Source: Dehalococcoidia bacterium
GTDB lineage: Bacteria; Chloroflexota; Dehalococcoidia; Bin125
DNA length: 64,000 nucleotides
Direction: 5' to 3'
Assembly: GCA_963555985.3 (NCBI GenBank)
Contig: OY820591.1
Location: forward strand, 1,344,001-1,408,000
Shown: positions 37,609 through 48,145 of the stretch, piece after piece
Layout: each line of letters starts with the position of its first letter
Numbering within the stretch: the stretch's first letter is position 1
The notes under the pieces: generated by a model
What the model was told of the DNA's origin: nothing
Databases searched by the model: none
What the model saw: the letters and a program-made list of their open reading frames with translations, nothing else
Position numbers and translations under genes: made by a program

Positions 37609-38790
37609 ATGGGTAACCGCACGATGCGCGGCGAAGTGGCGATCATCGGCGTCGGCGAGACGACGTATTACAAGCGCGGGCGCTCGCCGGATCCCGAGTT
37701 CAAGCTCGTGATCGAGGCGATCCTCAAGGCCAGCGCCGACGCGGGGATCGATCCTCGTGAGATTGACGGGTTCGCGTCGTACTCGAACGACCGCAACGAC
37801 CCGTCGCGGATTGCGGCGGCGCTGGACATCAAGGATCTGCGCTTCTCCAACATGGAGTGGGGCGGCGGCGGGGGCGGCGGTTCCGCCGCCTGCGCGCACG
37901 CTGCCTCGGCGGTCGCCACTGGTCTCGCCGATACGGTGGTCGTCTTCCGCGGCCTCGCGCAGGGACAATTCGGACGCTTCGGCCAGGGTGCGCGGATCCC
38001 GCATGTGCGGGGCGATCAGGCGTACACCGCGCCCTACGGTCTGATGTCGCCGGCGCAGTCGTTCGCCATGCGGATTCACCGGCTGTACGAGGACCACGGG
38101 ATCACGCAGGACACGCTCAAGGCCTGCTCGCTGGCCTCGTACCACCACGCGCAGAACAACCCGCGCGCGGTCATGTACGGGCGTCCACTCACGCCCGAGG
38201 ACTACGATCAGTCGCGCTGGATCGTGGAGCCGTTCCACTTGTTCGACTGCTGTCAGGAGAACGACGGCGCAGCGGCGATGATCTTCGTCTCGGCCGATCG
38301 GGCGAAGGACTACGCGAAGACGCCGGTCTACTTCCTCGGTGGGGCCGTCGGTTCGGGCAACCGCGCCGGATCGGGGTCGCACAACGCGACCGACTACGCG
38401 ACCTCGAACTTTAAGACGGTCGCGCCGCGGATGTACGAGATGGCGCAGGTGAAGCCGGAAGAGGTCGATGTCGCGCAGGTCTACGAGAACTTCACCGGCG
38501 GCGTGGTGATGAGCATCATCGAGCACGGCCTGACGACCTACGAAGAGGCGAACGAGTTCATCACCTTCGACAACCTGATCGCGCCGAGCGGCAAGATGCC
38601 GATCAACACGAGCGGCGGCAACCTGGCCGAGTGCTACATGCACGGGCTGGAGCTGAACATCGAAGCCGTGCGCCAGGTGCGCGGCGAGTCCTGCAACCAG
38701 GTCGACGACGTGAACGTCTCGCTGGTCGCGTCCGGGCCGATGGTGACCCCGGTCTCCGACATGATCGTCGGTTCAGAGGCGGTGCTCTAA
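37609..38790 (+). CDS. Thiolase-fold protein, Ltp2-like
   Basis: GGGGGGS in place of the thiolase Cys, DCCQENDGA, YENFT, GGNLAECYMHG. Confidence 0.85.
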   Translation: MGNRTMRGEVAIIGVGETTYYKRGRSPDPEFKLVIEAILKASADAGIDPREIDGFASYSNDRNDPSRIAAALDIKDLRFSNMEWGGGGGGGSAACAHAASAVATGLADTVVVFRGLAQGQFGRFGQGARIPHVRGDQAYTAPYGLMSPAQSFAMRIHRLYEDHGITQDTLKACSLASYHHAQNNPRAVMYGRPLTPEDYDQSRWIVEPFHLFDCCQENDGAAAMIFVSADRAKDYAKTPVYFLGGAVGSGNRAGSGSHNATDYATSNFKTVAPRMYEMAQVKPEEVDVAQVYENFTGGVVMSIIEHGLTTYEEANEFITFDNLIAPSGKMPINTSGGNLAECYMHGLELNIEAVRQVRGESCNQVDDVNVSLVASGPMVTPVSDMIVGSEAVL

Positions 38791-39242
38791 TGGCGAATCC
38801 CGGAGCGTATTACCTGGGCGAGGGGATGCCTGCGCCCGCGCCGGCAATCGACGGACTGGACACCGAGTACTGGGAGGGCGTCAAGCGCCACGAGTTGCTC
38901 GTCCAGAATTGCAACACATGCGATCGTCCCCAGTTCGGCCCCGAGTGGAACTGCCACCGCTGTCATTCGTTCGACCTGGGCTGGAAGCCAGTCGAGGGCA
39001 ATGGTCGGATCTACTCCTGGGAGCGAGTTTGGCACCCTGTCCACCCCGCGCTCAGCGAGAGTTGCCCCTACCTCGTCGTGCTGGTTGAGCTGCCCAACCA
39101 CGAGAACGTGCGCATGGTCGGCAACCTCGTCGGCGATCCGATGCAGACGGTGGAAATCGGCGCAGAGGTGCGCCCTTACTTCGAGGATCACGACGAGGGC
39201 GATGAGCCGTTCACGCTGGTCCACTGGGAAGTCGTCAGCTAG
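38790..39242 (+). CDS. DUF35 Zn-ribbon/OB-fold protein
   Basis: CNTC..CHRC, PYLVVLVEL, RMVGNL; TAATG overlap with the upstream gene. Confidence 0.9.
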   Translation: MANPGAYYLGEGMPAPAPAIDGLDTEYWEGVKRHELLVQNCNTCDRPQFGPEWNCHRCHSFDLGWKPVEGNGRIYSWERVWHPVHPALSESCPYLVVLVELPNHENVRMVGNLVGDPMQTVEIGAEVRPYFEDHDEGDEPFTLVHWEVVS

Positions 39243-39270
39243 CGGTCTCTGCCCCGCCCCGCTGCGAGCG

Positions 39271-39306
39271 AACAGAGAGGACGCCCGAAAGGGCGTCCTC
39301 TTCGTT
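39271..39306. terminator. Probable bidirectional intrinsic terminator between convergent genes
   Basis: GAGGACGCCC-GAAA-GGGCGTCCTC hairpin with TTCGTT / AACAGA flanks. Confidence 0.75.
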
Positions 39307-39312
39307 GTGCTG

Positions 39313-42237
39313 CTAGCCGGTGTTTCGCAACCCCGCCGCCACTCCATTCACGCTGCGCAGGATCGCTTCGAGTGTGTCGCTGCGTTCCGGATCGGCTTCG
39401 TCCATGTCGCGGATCTGGCGTAGCAGTTCGACTTGCAGAAAGCTCAGCGCGTCGACATAAGGATTGCGCAGGTCGATCGAGCGCCGCAGCACCGGCGACC
39501 CTTCCAGTAGCCGCTCCTGATCGCTCAGGCGATTCAGGATCGAGGTCGTGCGCTCGAACTCGGCTCGGAGGCGCTCGAAGGTGCGGATGTCCCGATCGCC
39601 ATCGCCCAGCGTGCGCGCGTAATGCTCCGCGATCCCGAAGTCGGCCTTGCCGCAGACCATCTCGACGTTGGAGAGCAGGGTGGCGAAGAAGGGCCAGCGC
39701 GCGCGCATGTCTCGGAGCAGCGCTTCGCCGGCGTCGCCGTGCCGCTGGATGAACTGTTCGAGCGCCGTGCCGACGCCCATCCAGCCGGTGATCACGTGCC
39801 GCGACTGCATCCAGGCGAAGACCCAGGGGATGGCGCGCAGCGACTTCAGGGAGGCGTCGCTGCCGGGCCGGAAGGTTGGGCGTGAGCCGATCGCGAGATC
39901 GCCGAGGACTCCAATCGGGGTGACTCGCTGGAAGTAGCCCGGGAGGTCCGGGTTCTCGACGACCTGCGTGCGATAGGCGAGGCGCGCGGATGAAGCCAGT
40001 TCGTCCATTGCCTCGTGATAGCGCTCGCGCTCTTCGGTCGGGGTGTCGTCGTGATCGCGGTCGAAGCGCTTGGCCAGAGCCGCCGCCAGCGTCTGCTCCA
40101 AGTTCCAGCGGGCGAGCGCCGGCATCCCGTAGGTGAACTGGATCATCTCGCCTTGTTCGGTGAATTTGATCCCGCCCTCAGTGGTGTGCGGCGGGAGCGC
40201 GAGGATCGCGTCGTGGGAGGGGCCGCCGCCGCGGCTGACCGTGCCTCCGCGACCGTGGAAGAACATCAACTCGATGCCGTGCTCTCGGGCCACTTGGTGC
40301 ATCGCCTCCTGTGCGCGGTAGAGGCCCCAGAGTGACGGCAGCACGCCGTCGTCCTTGGCCGAATCCGAATAGCCGACCATCACTTCCTGAAGTCCGTCGT
40401 GGGCGTCGAGGTGGCGTCGGTAGGCGGGGTGTCCGAAGAGCGAACGCAGCACGGACGGGGCGTGGTCGAGATCGTCCACTCGCTCGAAGAGCGGCGCGAT
40501 CCGGATCTGTCCGCCCGGTGCACGCCGGGCCAGATCGTTGAGGCCGGCCTGCCGCGCGACCAGCACCGGCGCGAGTATGTCGGCGGCGGTTTCGGTCATC
40601 GAGACGACGCAGGTCTGCATCGCTTCGGGCCCGCAGATTCGCTGAACCCGGCGCGCGGTGCGGAAGCGGCGCAGGGTGTCGTCGTCCTGCGTGGAGAGCG
40701 CATGTCCGACGGGGAAGTAGTCGCGATCGAGTTCGTTGGCCAGAAACGCCTCGCGCTGGGCAGGGTTGAGTTCGAGATAGCTGCCGCCCGGCGGCTGGAT
40801 ATCGAGCGCGGTCAGGACGGTGTCGGCGGCCTGGTGGAAACGCGCCGCATGGTCGCGGATGTCCAGCGCGGCGAGATGGAACCCGAAGGCGCGGGCGCGG
40901 TCGATGAGCGGCTGCACCACGTTTTCGGCCCCGCCGCGCGCGCCGTGCACGCGCAGGCTCTCCGCGATCGTCTCCAGATCTGCGACATACTCGCGCACCG
41001 ATTCGTAGGAAACGCCGTCGGAGTCGGAGGCGTCGTCCAGTTCGGCGCGTAAGGTCGGGGCGCGGCGATCGAGGAGCGCGCGATCGGCGTCCAGCGTCGC
41101 CCGCAGGCGGGCGGACATGTAGCGAATCTTCTGTCGGTAGCGCTCCGAAGTACTGCGTTCGGCCAAGCGCTCGCGGACGCGCGGCATACGCTGAGCGTCT
41201 GCCTGGAGCGAGGATTCCAGCCGCGCCGTGGTCGATATTCGGCGGGTCGAGTGCAGCAGCATCGAGTCCATCTCGCGCACTGCGTCCAGGTGCAGGCGCA
41301 GCGCCAGAGCGCGCATATTGAGCGCGGTTTGCCAGGTGAGATCGGGGGTCACATTCGGATTTCCGTCCGCGTCGCCGCCCATCCAGGAACCCAGCACGAT
41401 TGGGGCCGGGGCCGCGGTCGGATCGAGCTCGGTCGCGGCTCTGAACTCGGCGCTGACCGCGGGAACCGCGTCCCAGAGGGTCGTCGCCACCGTGTGCAGG
41501 AGCAGGCGCGACTCTTCCAGCACGGTCGGGCGGCGGTGACGCAGATGATCGGCTTGCCAGAGACTCTCGATGTGGGTGGTCAGACGCGCATCGATGCTCG
41601 CCAGCTCTTGCGGCGTGGCCTGCTCGCGTTCGAGCAACAGCCTGTGCACCTGTTGCAAGGTTCGCATCATGGTCAGGCGCTGGGACTCGGTCGGGTGAGC
41701 GGTGAACACCGGCCGCAAGGCGATGCCAGCGGCGGCTGTTTGCATCGCGGCCTGATCAACGCCGCGCTCGCGCAGGGTGTCAACCATTGCTCGAATCGAG
41801 CGCGGCGAGGGTCGCTGGTCCTGTTGCGAGCGCAGCCTGCGGCGGCGGATGCGGTGCGTCTCTTCGGCGGTGTTCGTGAGCAGGAAGTACATCAGGAAGG
41901 CGTTGCCGACCTCGGCAGCGAGCCAGAGCGGCCAACTGCGGACCAACGCCGCCATCTCCGGGGTCAGCTCCGGTTCGGCCGGGCCGCGACTGCCGCGCCG
42001 CCGCTGCGCGAGCGCGCGGAGTTCCTCGACGGCGTTGAAGACCGTCTCCCCGTCCACTTCGGCGATCATCCGCCCCAGCAGGCTGCTCAAGAGGCGCACG
42101 TCGCGGGCCAGCGGAGCGTCGACCAGACGCCGGTTGTTGGCCGTTTGCGCCGCTTCGATCGTGGTTCGCGGCGCTCGTTGTGTTGAACGCGCCACAGCAT
42201 CCCTCTCAGCGAATCCGCGCGTGTCTAGGCTGCGCAT
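39313..42237 (-). CDS. ppc: Phosphoenolpyruvate carboxylase
   Basis: VFTAHPTE, QEVMVGYSDSAKD, FHGRGGTVSRGGGP, LRAIPWVF, C-terminal LRNTG. Confidence 0.95.
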   Translation of the reverse strand: MRSLDTRGFAERDAVARSTQRAPRTTIEAAQTANNRRLVDAPLARDVRLLSSLLGRMIAEVDGETVFNAVEELRALAQRRRGSRGPAEPELTPEMAALVRSWPLWLAAEVGNAFLMYFLLTNTAEETHRIRRRRLRSQQDQRPSPRSIRAMVDTLRERGVDQAAMQTAAAGIALRPVFTAHPTESQRLTMMRTLQQVHRLLLEREQATPQELASIDARLTTHIESLWQADHLRHRRPTVLEESRLLLHTVATTLWDAVPAVSAEFRAATELDPTAAPAPIVLGSWMGGDADGNPNVTPDLTWQTALNMRALALRLHLDAVREMDSMLLHSTRRISTTARLESSLQADAQRMPRVRERLAERSTSERYRQKIRYMSARLRATLDADRALLDRRAPTLRAELDDASDSDGVSYESVREYVADLETIAESLRVHGARGGAENVVQPLIDRARAFGFHLAALDIRDHAARFHQAADTVLTALDIQPPGGSYLELNPAQREAFLANELDRDYFPVGHALSTQDDDTLRRFRTARRVQRICGPEAMQTCVVSMTETAADILAPVLVARQAGLNDLARRAPGGQIRIAPLFERVDDLDHAPSVLRSLFGHPAYRRHLDAHDGLQEVMVGYSDSAKDDGVLPSLWGLYRAQEAMHQVAREHGIELMFFHGRGGTVSRGGGPSHDAILALPPHTTEGGIKFTEQGEMIQFTYGMPALARWNLEQTLAAALAKRFDRDHDDTPTEERERYHEAMDELASSARLAYRTQVVENPDLPGYFQRVTPIGVLGDLAIGSRPTFRPGSDASLKSLRAIPWVFAWMQSRHVITGWMGVGTALEQFIQRHGDAGEALLRDMRARWPFFATLLSNVEMVCGKADFGIAEHYARTLGDGDRDIRTFERLRAEFERTTSILNRLSDQERLLEGSPVLRRSIDLRNPYVDALSFLQVELLRQIRDMDEADPERSDTLEAILRSVNGVAAGLRNTG

Positions 42238-42273
42238 TGTCGATCATTACAGGTTTGCAGCGAAAGCGGGGGC

Positions 42274-44247
42274 ATGATGAGTGAACAGTCTGGCGATCCG
42301 ACCGCGGCTCCGTATGGATCTTGGGCGTCCCCGATCGCCACGGAGATGCTGACCGCAGGCGCACTGCGCTTTGACGAGTTGGATGTGGACGGCGATGACC
42401 TCTACTGGGTGGAGTCGAGGCCGGATGAGCAGGGCCGGTATGCGGCGATGCGCTACTCGGCGGACGGTGAGCTCTCGGAGGTCACGACTCCCGAGTACAG
42501 CGCGCGCACGCTCGTGCATGAGTACGGAGGCGGCTCGCTCGCGGTCTCGAACGGCGTTGCCTACTTCTCGAACTTCGCCGATCAGCGGCTCTATCGGCGT
42601 GCGGTTGACGGCTCGGAGGAGCCGGTCCCGCTGACAGCGGAGATGTCGGTCCGATACGCCGATGCGGCTGTGGATGTGGAGCGGGAGCGCCTGATCTGCG
42701 TGGCGGAGGACCATCGGCGTGAAGGCGTCGAAGCTGAGAACCTCCTCGTCGCCGTGCCCACGGACGGCAGCGCAGCTTCCGCCGAGGAGTTGCATCCGAT
42801 TCATCAGGGATTTGACTTCTACTCCTCGCCGCGAATCAGTCCCGACGGGCGTCGGCTTGTGTGGATCTGCTGGAACCATCCGAACATGCCCTGGGACGCG
42901 ACCGAGCTCTGGCTCGCAGACTTGGCGACGGACGGCTCGGTGCTGTCGGCGCGCCGAATCGCGGGCGACACCGCCGGCGTCGTCTCCATCATCGAGCCGC
43001 GCTGGGGACCGGACGGCACGCTCTACTGCGTTTCCGACGAATCCGGCTGGTGGAACGTTCAGCGCTGGGACGGCGATCGGCTCGCGCCAGTCCTCTCCAT
43101 GGAGGCCGAGTTCGGACAGCCGCAGTGGGAATTCTCGATGTCCAGCTACGCGGTGATGGACGAGTGTTGCCTGGTGGCGCAGTACGGCAATGCCGATGGT
43201 CGCCGACTCGGTGTGATCGACATGGAGGCGGGGGAACTGAGAGAGCTGGACACGCCATTCAACAGCTTTGGCTTTTTCACCGCCGCCAGCGGCCCGCGCG
43301 TGATCTGTGCTGCGGCCGGAGCGGATGTCGGCGCGGCGATCGTGGCGATCAACGTTGACGACGGCGAGCTTGAGACGATCCGCGCATCAACCGGTCCGGA
43401 GCTCGATCCGGCTTTCATCGCTCCGGCGGAGGCGATTACCTATCCGACCACGGGCGGTCATGTTTCCCACGCCTACTACTACGCGCCTCGCAATCCCGAT
43501 TTCCGCGCGCCCGAAGGCGAACTCCCGCCGCTGGTGACATTCATCCACGGCGGGCCTACCAGCGCGACTGCGCCGGGCTTCAATCTCGCCATCCAGTACT
43601 GGACGACGCGCGGGTTCGCGGTAGTCGATGTGAACTACCGGGGCTCGACCGGCTACGGGACCGAGTACCGGCGTCAGTTGAACGGGAATTGGGGCGTCGT
43701 TGATCGCGAGGACTGCGAAGCGGCGGCGCGCTACCTCGTTGAGCGCGGTGACGTGGACGGTTCGCGCCTGGCCATTCGCGGCGGCTCGGCGGGCGGCTAC
43801 ACGACGCTCTGCGCGCTCACGTTCGGCGATGTCTTCACGGCCGGCGCTTCGTACTACGGCGTCTCGGATGCGGCGGCGCTCGCGGAGGATACGCACAAGT
43901 TCGAGTCGCGCTACCTCGATTCGCTGATCGGCCCGTATCCCGAACGGGCGGAGCTGTATGAGCAGCGCTCGCCGATTCACGCGGTTGACCGGCTCTCGTG
44001 CCCAATCATCTTTTTGCAGGGTCTGGAGGACAAGATCGTACCGCCGAATCAGGCAGAGCGGATGGTGGACGCGCTGCGCCAGAAGGGTTTGCCGGTGGCC
44101 TACATCGCTTTTGAGGGCGAACAGCACGGGTTCCGCCAGGCGGCGAACATTCAGCGCGCGACGGAAGCGGAGCTCGATTTCTACGGCCGCATCTTCGGTT
44201 TCACGCCGGCCGGTGCGATCGAGCCGGTGGAGATTGAGAACCTGTAG
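42274..44247 (+). CDS. S9 family peptidase (dipeptidyl aminopeptidase/acylaminoacyl peptidase)
   Basis: APYGSWASPI, HGGPT, GGSAGG, D.IVPP.Q, GEQHGF. Confidence 0.92.
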   Translation: MMSEQSGDPTAAPYGSWASPIATEMLTAGALRFDELDVDGDDLYWVESRPDEQGRYAAMRYSADGELSEVTTPEYSARTLVHEYGGGSLAVSNGVAYFSNFADQRLYRRAVDGSEEPVPLTAEMSVRYADAAVDVERERLICVAEDHRREGVEAENLLVAVPTDGSAASAEELHPIHQGFDFYSSPRISPDGRRLVWICWNHPNMPWDATELWLADLATDGSVLSARRIAGDTAGVVSIIEPRWGPDGTLYCVSDESGWWNVQRWDGDRLAPVLSMEAEFGQPQWEFSMSSYAVMDECCLVAQYGNADGRRLGVIDMEAGELRELDTPFNSFGFFTAASGPRVICAAAGADVGAAIVAINVDDGELETIRASTGPELDPAFIAPAEAITYPTTGGHVSHAYYYAPRNPDFRAPEGELPPLVTFIHGGPTSATAPGFNLAIQYWTTRGFAVVDVNYRGSTGYGTEYRRQLNGNWGVVDREDCEAAARYLVERGDVDGSRLAIRGGSAGGYTTLCALTFGDVFTAGASYYGVSDAAALAEDTHKFESRYLDSLIGPYPERAELYEQRSPIHAVDRLSCPIIFLQGLEDKIVPPNQAERMVDALRQKGLPVAYIAFEGEQHGFRQAANIQRATEAELDFYGRIFGFTPAGAIEPVEIENL

Positions 44248-45666
44248 ATGCCTGAGATTCACGAACTGACGGCAGTCGAGCTTCGGCAGGCTTACCGGTC
44301 GCGGGAGTTGTCGCCGGTTGAAGCAGTGGATGCGATCTTCGCGCGAATCGACCTCCTAGAGCCGTCGTTGCACGCGTTTATCACGGAGACCCGCGAACTC
44401 GCGATGGAGCAGGCACGGGAGGCTGAGCGGCAGTGGTTGCGGCCTGAACGGTGGCTGCAAAAGCCTCTGCTGGGCATTCCGTTGACGATCAAGGATCTCG
44501 TTGATGTTGCGGGTGTTCCGACGACGATGGGTTCGCTCGTGACCTCACACGAGCCGGCTGCGGAAGATGAACTCTTCGTCCAACTCCTGAGGTTCTCGGG
44601 CGCGATCTTCCTGGGCAAGACAAACACCTCGGAATTCGGCCTGGCTGCGCAGACAGCAAACCGCCTCGGCCCGGCGACAGTGAATCCCTGGGATGTGGAG
44701 CGCACCGCCGGCGGTTCCAGCGGCGGCGCGGCGGCGGCCTGCGCCGCAGGTTTCGGTCCGTTGCATCATGGGACCGACGGGGGCGGATCGGTCCGGATAC
44801 CCGCGGGCTACTGCGGTGTGATCGGCGTCAAGCCGACAGGCAGGCGCGTTCCCCGCCGCCAGCGAGGCTCCGGCATGTCGCAGATCTCGACGGACGGCGT
44901 GCTGGCGCGTTCCGTCGCCGATGCGGCGCTGATGCTCGAAGACATCGCGCGGCGTCACCCGGATGATCAGACGTCCTACCGGACTCAGTACGACGATGTG
45001 ATCTCCGCGGCTACTCCACAGAGTCTGGGAGGACTCAGGATTGGCGTCACGACTCAGCTCGGTTGGCCGACCCCCTGCGAGCCGCTGATCGCCGATCGCG
45101 TTCACGTAGCAGCGGATGTGTTGCGACAGGCCCACGCGCGCATTGAGCATGCGACCCTGGACATCTCCGATCCGAACGAGGTGTTCCCCGTGTTGTCGGC
45201 CGTGGGCGCCGCGGCGAACTACGGTCCATTGTGTGTTGGGCGCACGGACGAGTTGAGCGATTACGCCCGCGCGAGCGTGGATCGTGGCCGCGCCTTGAGC
45301 GGCGTTCAAGTAGCTGAGGCCTATGCCGCACTGGATCGGCTGCGTCAGCGGATGGATGTCTGGTTCGATCGCTACGACGTCTTGCTGACACCCACCAGCG
45401 CAATCACCGCCCACCGGCATGGGGCTCGGATTGATCAGATCGCCGGACGGGGAATCAGTCCCTGGACGGCCTCGATTCTTTACACGCCGCTCGCCAACCT
45501 GATTCAGGCGCCCGCCATTGCCATGCCGGCCGGACTGGACCGCGATTGCTTGCCGATCTCGGTGCAACTGATGGGCCGCCCCGGCGAGGACGCCACCGTG
45601 ATCCGTTGCGCTGCGATGCTGGAGGATGCAGGCTTTGGCGGTCCTATTCGTCTAGCACCAGTGTGA
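44248..45666 (+). CDS. Amidase signature family protein
   Basis: IKDL, GGSSGGAAAA, GTDGGGSVRIPA. Confidence 0.9.
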   Translation: MPEIHELTAVELRQAYRSRELSPVEAVDAIFARIDLLEPSLHAFITETRELAMEQAREAERQWLRPERWLQKPLLGIPLTIKDLVDVAGVPTTMGSLVTSHEPAAEDELFVQLLRFSGAIFLGKTNTSEFGLAAQTANRLGPATVNPWDVERTAGGSSGGAAAACAAGFGPLHHGTDGGGSVRIPAGYCGVIGVKPTGRRVPRRQRGSGMSQISTDGVLARSVADAALMLEDIARRHPDDQTSYRTQYDDVISAATPQSLGGLRIGVTTQLGWPTPCEPLIADRVHVAADVLRQAHARIEHATLDISDPNEVFPVLSAVGAAANYGPLCVGRTDELSDYARASVDRGRALSGVQVAEAYAALDRLRQRMDVWFDRYDVLLTPTSAITAHRHGARIDQIAGRGISPWTASILYTPLANLIQAPAIAMPAGLDRDCLPISVQLMGRPGEDATVIRCAAMLEDAGFGGPIRLAPV

Positions 45667-46420
45667 CCGGCGCGTGATCGGAGGGCTTATCGCCGTCGCC
45701 CTCCTGCCGCCGCTCCTCAATGTCGATCTCAACGGCGGAGGCGCGCTCGCGGATTGGGTCGCTGATCAGATGATGGTCGATCCGCAGCCCTTTGTTCTGC
45801 AGTACTCCGCCGGTGCGGTAGTCCCACCAGGTGTAGACCCCGGGCGACTCGTCGAAGAGGCGTAGCGCGTCGGTCAAGCCCCAATCGATCAGCGCATTCA
45901 GGCGTTCCCGTTCGGGGCTGGAGCAGAGGTTCTTTTCGTGCCAGGCGGCCGGGTCATTCACGTCGCGGTCGTCGAAGGTGATGTTGTAGTCGCCGGTGAG
46001 GACGAGCGCGTCGGCACTGTCGCGCTGACCGAGCCAAGCGCGGAGTCGGTCGAACCATTCGAGTTTGTACTGGTACATGGGATGGCCGACCTCGCGTCCG
46101 TTGGGACAGTAGAGGCTGACCACTTGTACGCCGTCGATCTCGGCGGTGATGCCGCGGGACTGATCGTCGTCGGGCCAGGGTACGGCGACTTCCACCTGAT
46201 CGGGCCAGTCGAGCGAGGCGATGGCGACGCCGTTGTAGCTCTTCTGGCCGTGGATGGCGAGTTGGTAGCCGAGTTGGTCAAAGCCGTCGAAGGGGAACTG
46301 CTCCTCGGTGCACTTGAGCTCTTGCAGGCAGAGCACGTCTGGACGGTTTTGATCGAGCCAGTTGAGCACGCGGTCTTCGCGAGCGCGGATTGAGTTCACG
46401 TTCCAGGTGGTGATGCGCAT
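45644..46420 (-). CDS. xth: Exodeoxyribonuclease III
   Basis: TWNVNSIRAR, LQELK, YNGVA, GDYN, RIDH, SDHAPV. Confidence 0.93.
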   Translation of the reverse strand: MRITTWNVNSIRAREDRVLNWLDQNRPDVLCLQELKCTEEQFPFDGFDQLGYQLAIHGQKSYNGVAIASLDWPDQVEVAVPWPDDDQSRGITAEIDGVQVVSLYCPNGREVGHPMYQYKLEWFDRLRAWLGQRDSADALVLTGDYNITFDDRDVNDPAAWHEKNLCSSPERERLNALIDWGLTDALRLFDESPGVYTWWDYRTGGVLQNKGLRIDHHLISDPIRERASAVEIDIEERRQEGDGDKPSDHAPVTLVLDE

Positions 46421-47211
46421 GGCGGGTTTCCTTCGAGAGACGCGGCGGTTCGGCGGATGTGGTGGAAGATGATTCCAGCTGCGACGGCGACGTTGAGCGA
46501 TTCGACTGAGGGAGCGATTGGCACGGCGACCCGCTCATCCACTTGCGGTTCCAGCTCGAGACTGATCCCGGAGCCTTCGTTGCCGAAGAGCCAGACGGTT
46601 GGTTGCTTGAGCTTGATCGTATCGAGCGGCGTTCCGTGCGGATCGGCGGCGATCACGCGGGCGCCTTGTTGGTGCAGATCGGTGAGATCGGCGAGCAGGT
46701 CTGAGGAGCGGGCGATCTTTGCCTGGAACCAGGCTCCGGTTGCGGCGCGGGTGACTCGCGGGTGGGTTGGGTCGGCGCTGCCGGGGCCGATCAGGATGAG
46801 CTCGATGCTGAAGGCGGCGGCGGAGCGAATGATTGCGCCGACGTTGCCTGGGTCCTGTACTCCGTCTAGCGCTAGCGAATGCCATGCAGTGTCGGCGGGC
46901 AGCGCTCGAATAGCGTCCTGCGCCGACGGGAGCTCGTCGCGGATGACGGCGAAGTCGCCTTGGGGGGTGCGCGTGTCGGAGAGGCGCTCGGCGTCGGCTT
47001 GGGTGATGCGGACTGAGTTCGAGTGTAGCGCCGACCACGTGGCGGGGTTTGTCGCGAGCACGTCCAGCACGGGCGCGCCTGCCGCGAGGGCGTCTCGGAC
47101 GAGCTTCTCGCCGTCGATCAGGTAGGCGCGCTGTTCTCTACGCCCGCGCGCGGTCTTGAGTTCTCGGAGTTGGCGCAGGCGGGCGCGCGAGAGTGTGCTT
47201 GGCTTGTTCAC
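46396..47211 (-). CDS. TrmH family RNA methyltransferase
   Basis: LDGVQDPGNVGAIIRSA, FGNEGSG, ESLNVAVAAG; start moved out of the upstream repeat. Confidence 0.88.
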   Translation of the reverse strand: MNKPSTLSRARLRQLRELKTARGRREQRAYLIDGEKLVRDALAAGAPVLDVLATNPATWSALHSNSVRITQADAERLSDTRTPQGDFAVIRDELPSAQDAIRALPADTAWHSLALDGVQDPGNVGAIIRSAAAFSIELILIGPGSADPTHPRVTRAATGAWFQAKIARSSDLLADLTDLHQQGARVIAADPHGTPLDTIKLKQPTVWLFGNEGSGISLELEPQVDERVAVPIAPSVESLNVAVAAGIIFHHIRRTAASLEGNPPCASPPGT

Positions 47212-47228
47212 GTTGCTAGAGGCGGGCA

Positions 47229-47279
47229 GACCCCCCTCTGTCACTTCGTGACATCTCCCCCCGCACTGCGGGGGAAGAG
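47229..47279 (-). repeat. Palindromic repeat, copy 3 (no insert in the inner loop)
   Basis: Reverse complement reads TCTTCCCCCGCAGTGCGGGGGGAGATGTCACGAAGTGACAGAGGGGGGTC. Confidence 0.7.
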
Positions 47280-47293
47280 TGTTGGGAGCGTTC

Positions 47294-48145
47294 CTAGCCG
47301 CCGTTGAACTCGGCCTTGAGTGCGGCGTAGCGGTCTAGCAGGGGGATGACGGTATCGGCTTCGGCGGGTGGGAGGCCGAAGATGATGCGCTGGAAACCGA
47401 TGTCGATTAGGTCCTGGACTTGTTCGGGGTTGGGGCCGACGCCGAAGACGGTGCGGTTGATGGTCTCGAAGTCGCGGTCGGCGCGGTCGGCGGCGGCGCG
47501 GAGCTGCTCCATATCGGCGCGCATATCTCCGCGCAGGGCGATCGGCAGCCAGCCGTCGCAGTAGTCCACTACGCGGTCGAAGGCCCACTTCGACTGAGCT
47601 CCGAGCAGGATGTCGGGGCCGTTCTCCTGCACCGGCTTGGGGTAGCTCCAGACGGGATCGAAGTCGATGAACTCACCGTGGAATTCAGGCTCGTCTTTGG
47701 TCCAGAGTTCGCGCCAGGCGAGCACGATCTCGCGGGTGATCTTCCAGCGGTCTTTGAAGTTCCAGCCGTGGTTCTCCAATTCTTCCGCGTTCCAGCCTGC
47801 GCCGATGCCGAGGATTAGGCGTCCGCCGGAGATCATGTCCAGCGAAGCAGCGGACTTGGCCGCCACGAGCACATCGTGTTCGGGCACGAGCAGGATGCCG
47901 GTGCCGACCTTGATCGTCTCGGTCGCGGCGGCGGCGGCCATCAGGGAGACAAAGGGGTCGTGAGTGTGCCAGTACTCCTGGGGCAGATCACCGCCGCCGG
48001 GCCAGGGCGATTGGCGCGATGTGGGAATGTGGGTGTGCTCGGGGAACCAGAGCGACTCGAAGCCGCGCGCCTCGGCCTCGCGGGCAAGTTCGGGCGGCTG
48101 GATGGCGTAGTCGGTGGGGAACATGGAGACGCCGAAGTCGGTCAT
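47294..48145 (-). CDS. LLM-class F420-dependent oxidoreductase (Rv2161c-like)
   Basis: GFESLWFPEHTHIP, ASLDMISGGRLILGIGAGWN, YPKPVQ. Confidence 0.9.
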   Translation of the reverse strand: MTDFGVSMFPTDYAIQPPELAREAEARGFESLWFPEHTHIPTSRQSPWPGGGDLPQEYWHTHDPFVSLMAAAAATETIKVGTGILLVPEHDVLVAAKSAASLDMISGGRLILGIGAGWNAEELENHGWNFKDRWKITREIVLAWRELWTKDEPEFHGEFIDFDPVWSYPKPVQENGPDILLGAQSKWAFDRVVDYCDGWLPIALRGDMRADMEQLRAAADRADRDFETINRTVFGVGPNPEQVQDLIDIGFQRIIFGLPPAEADTVIPLLDRYAALKAEFNGG

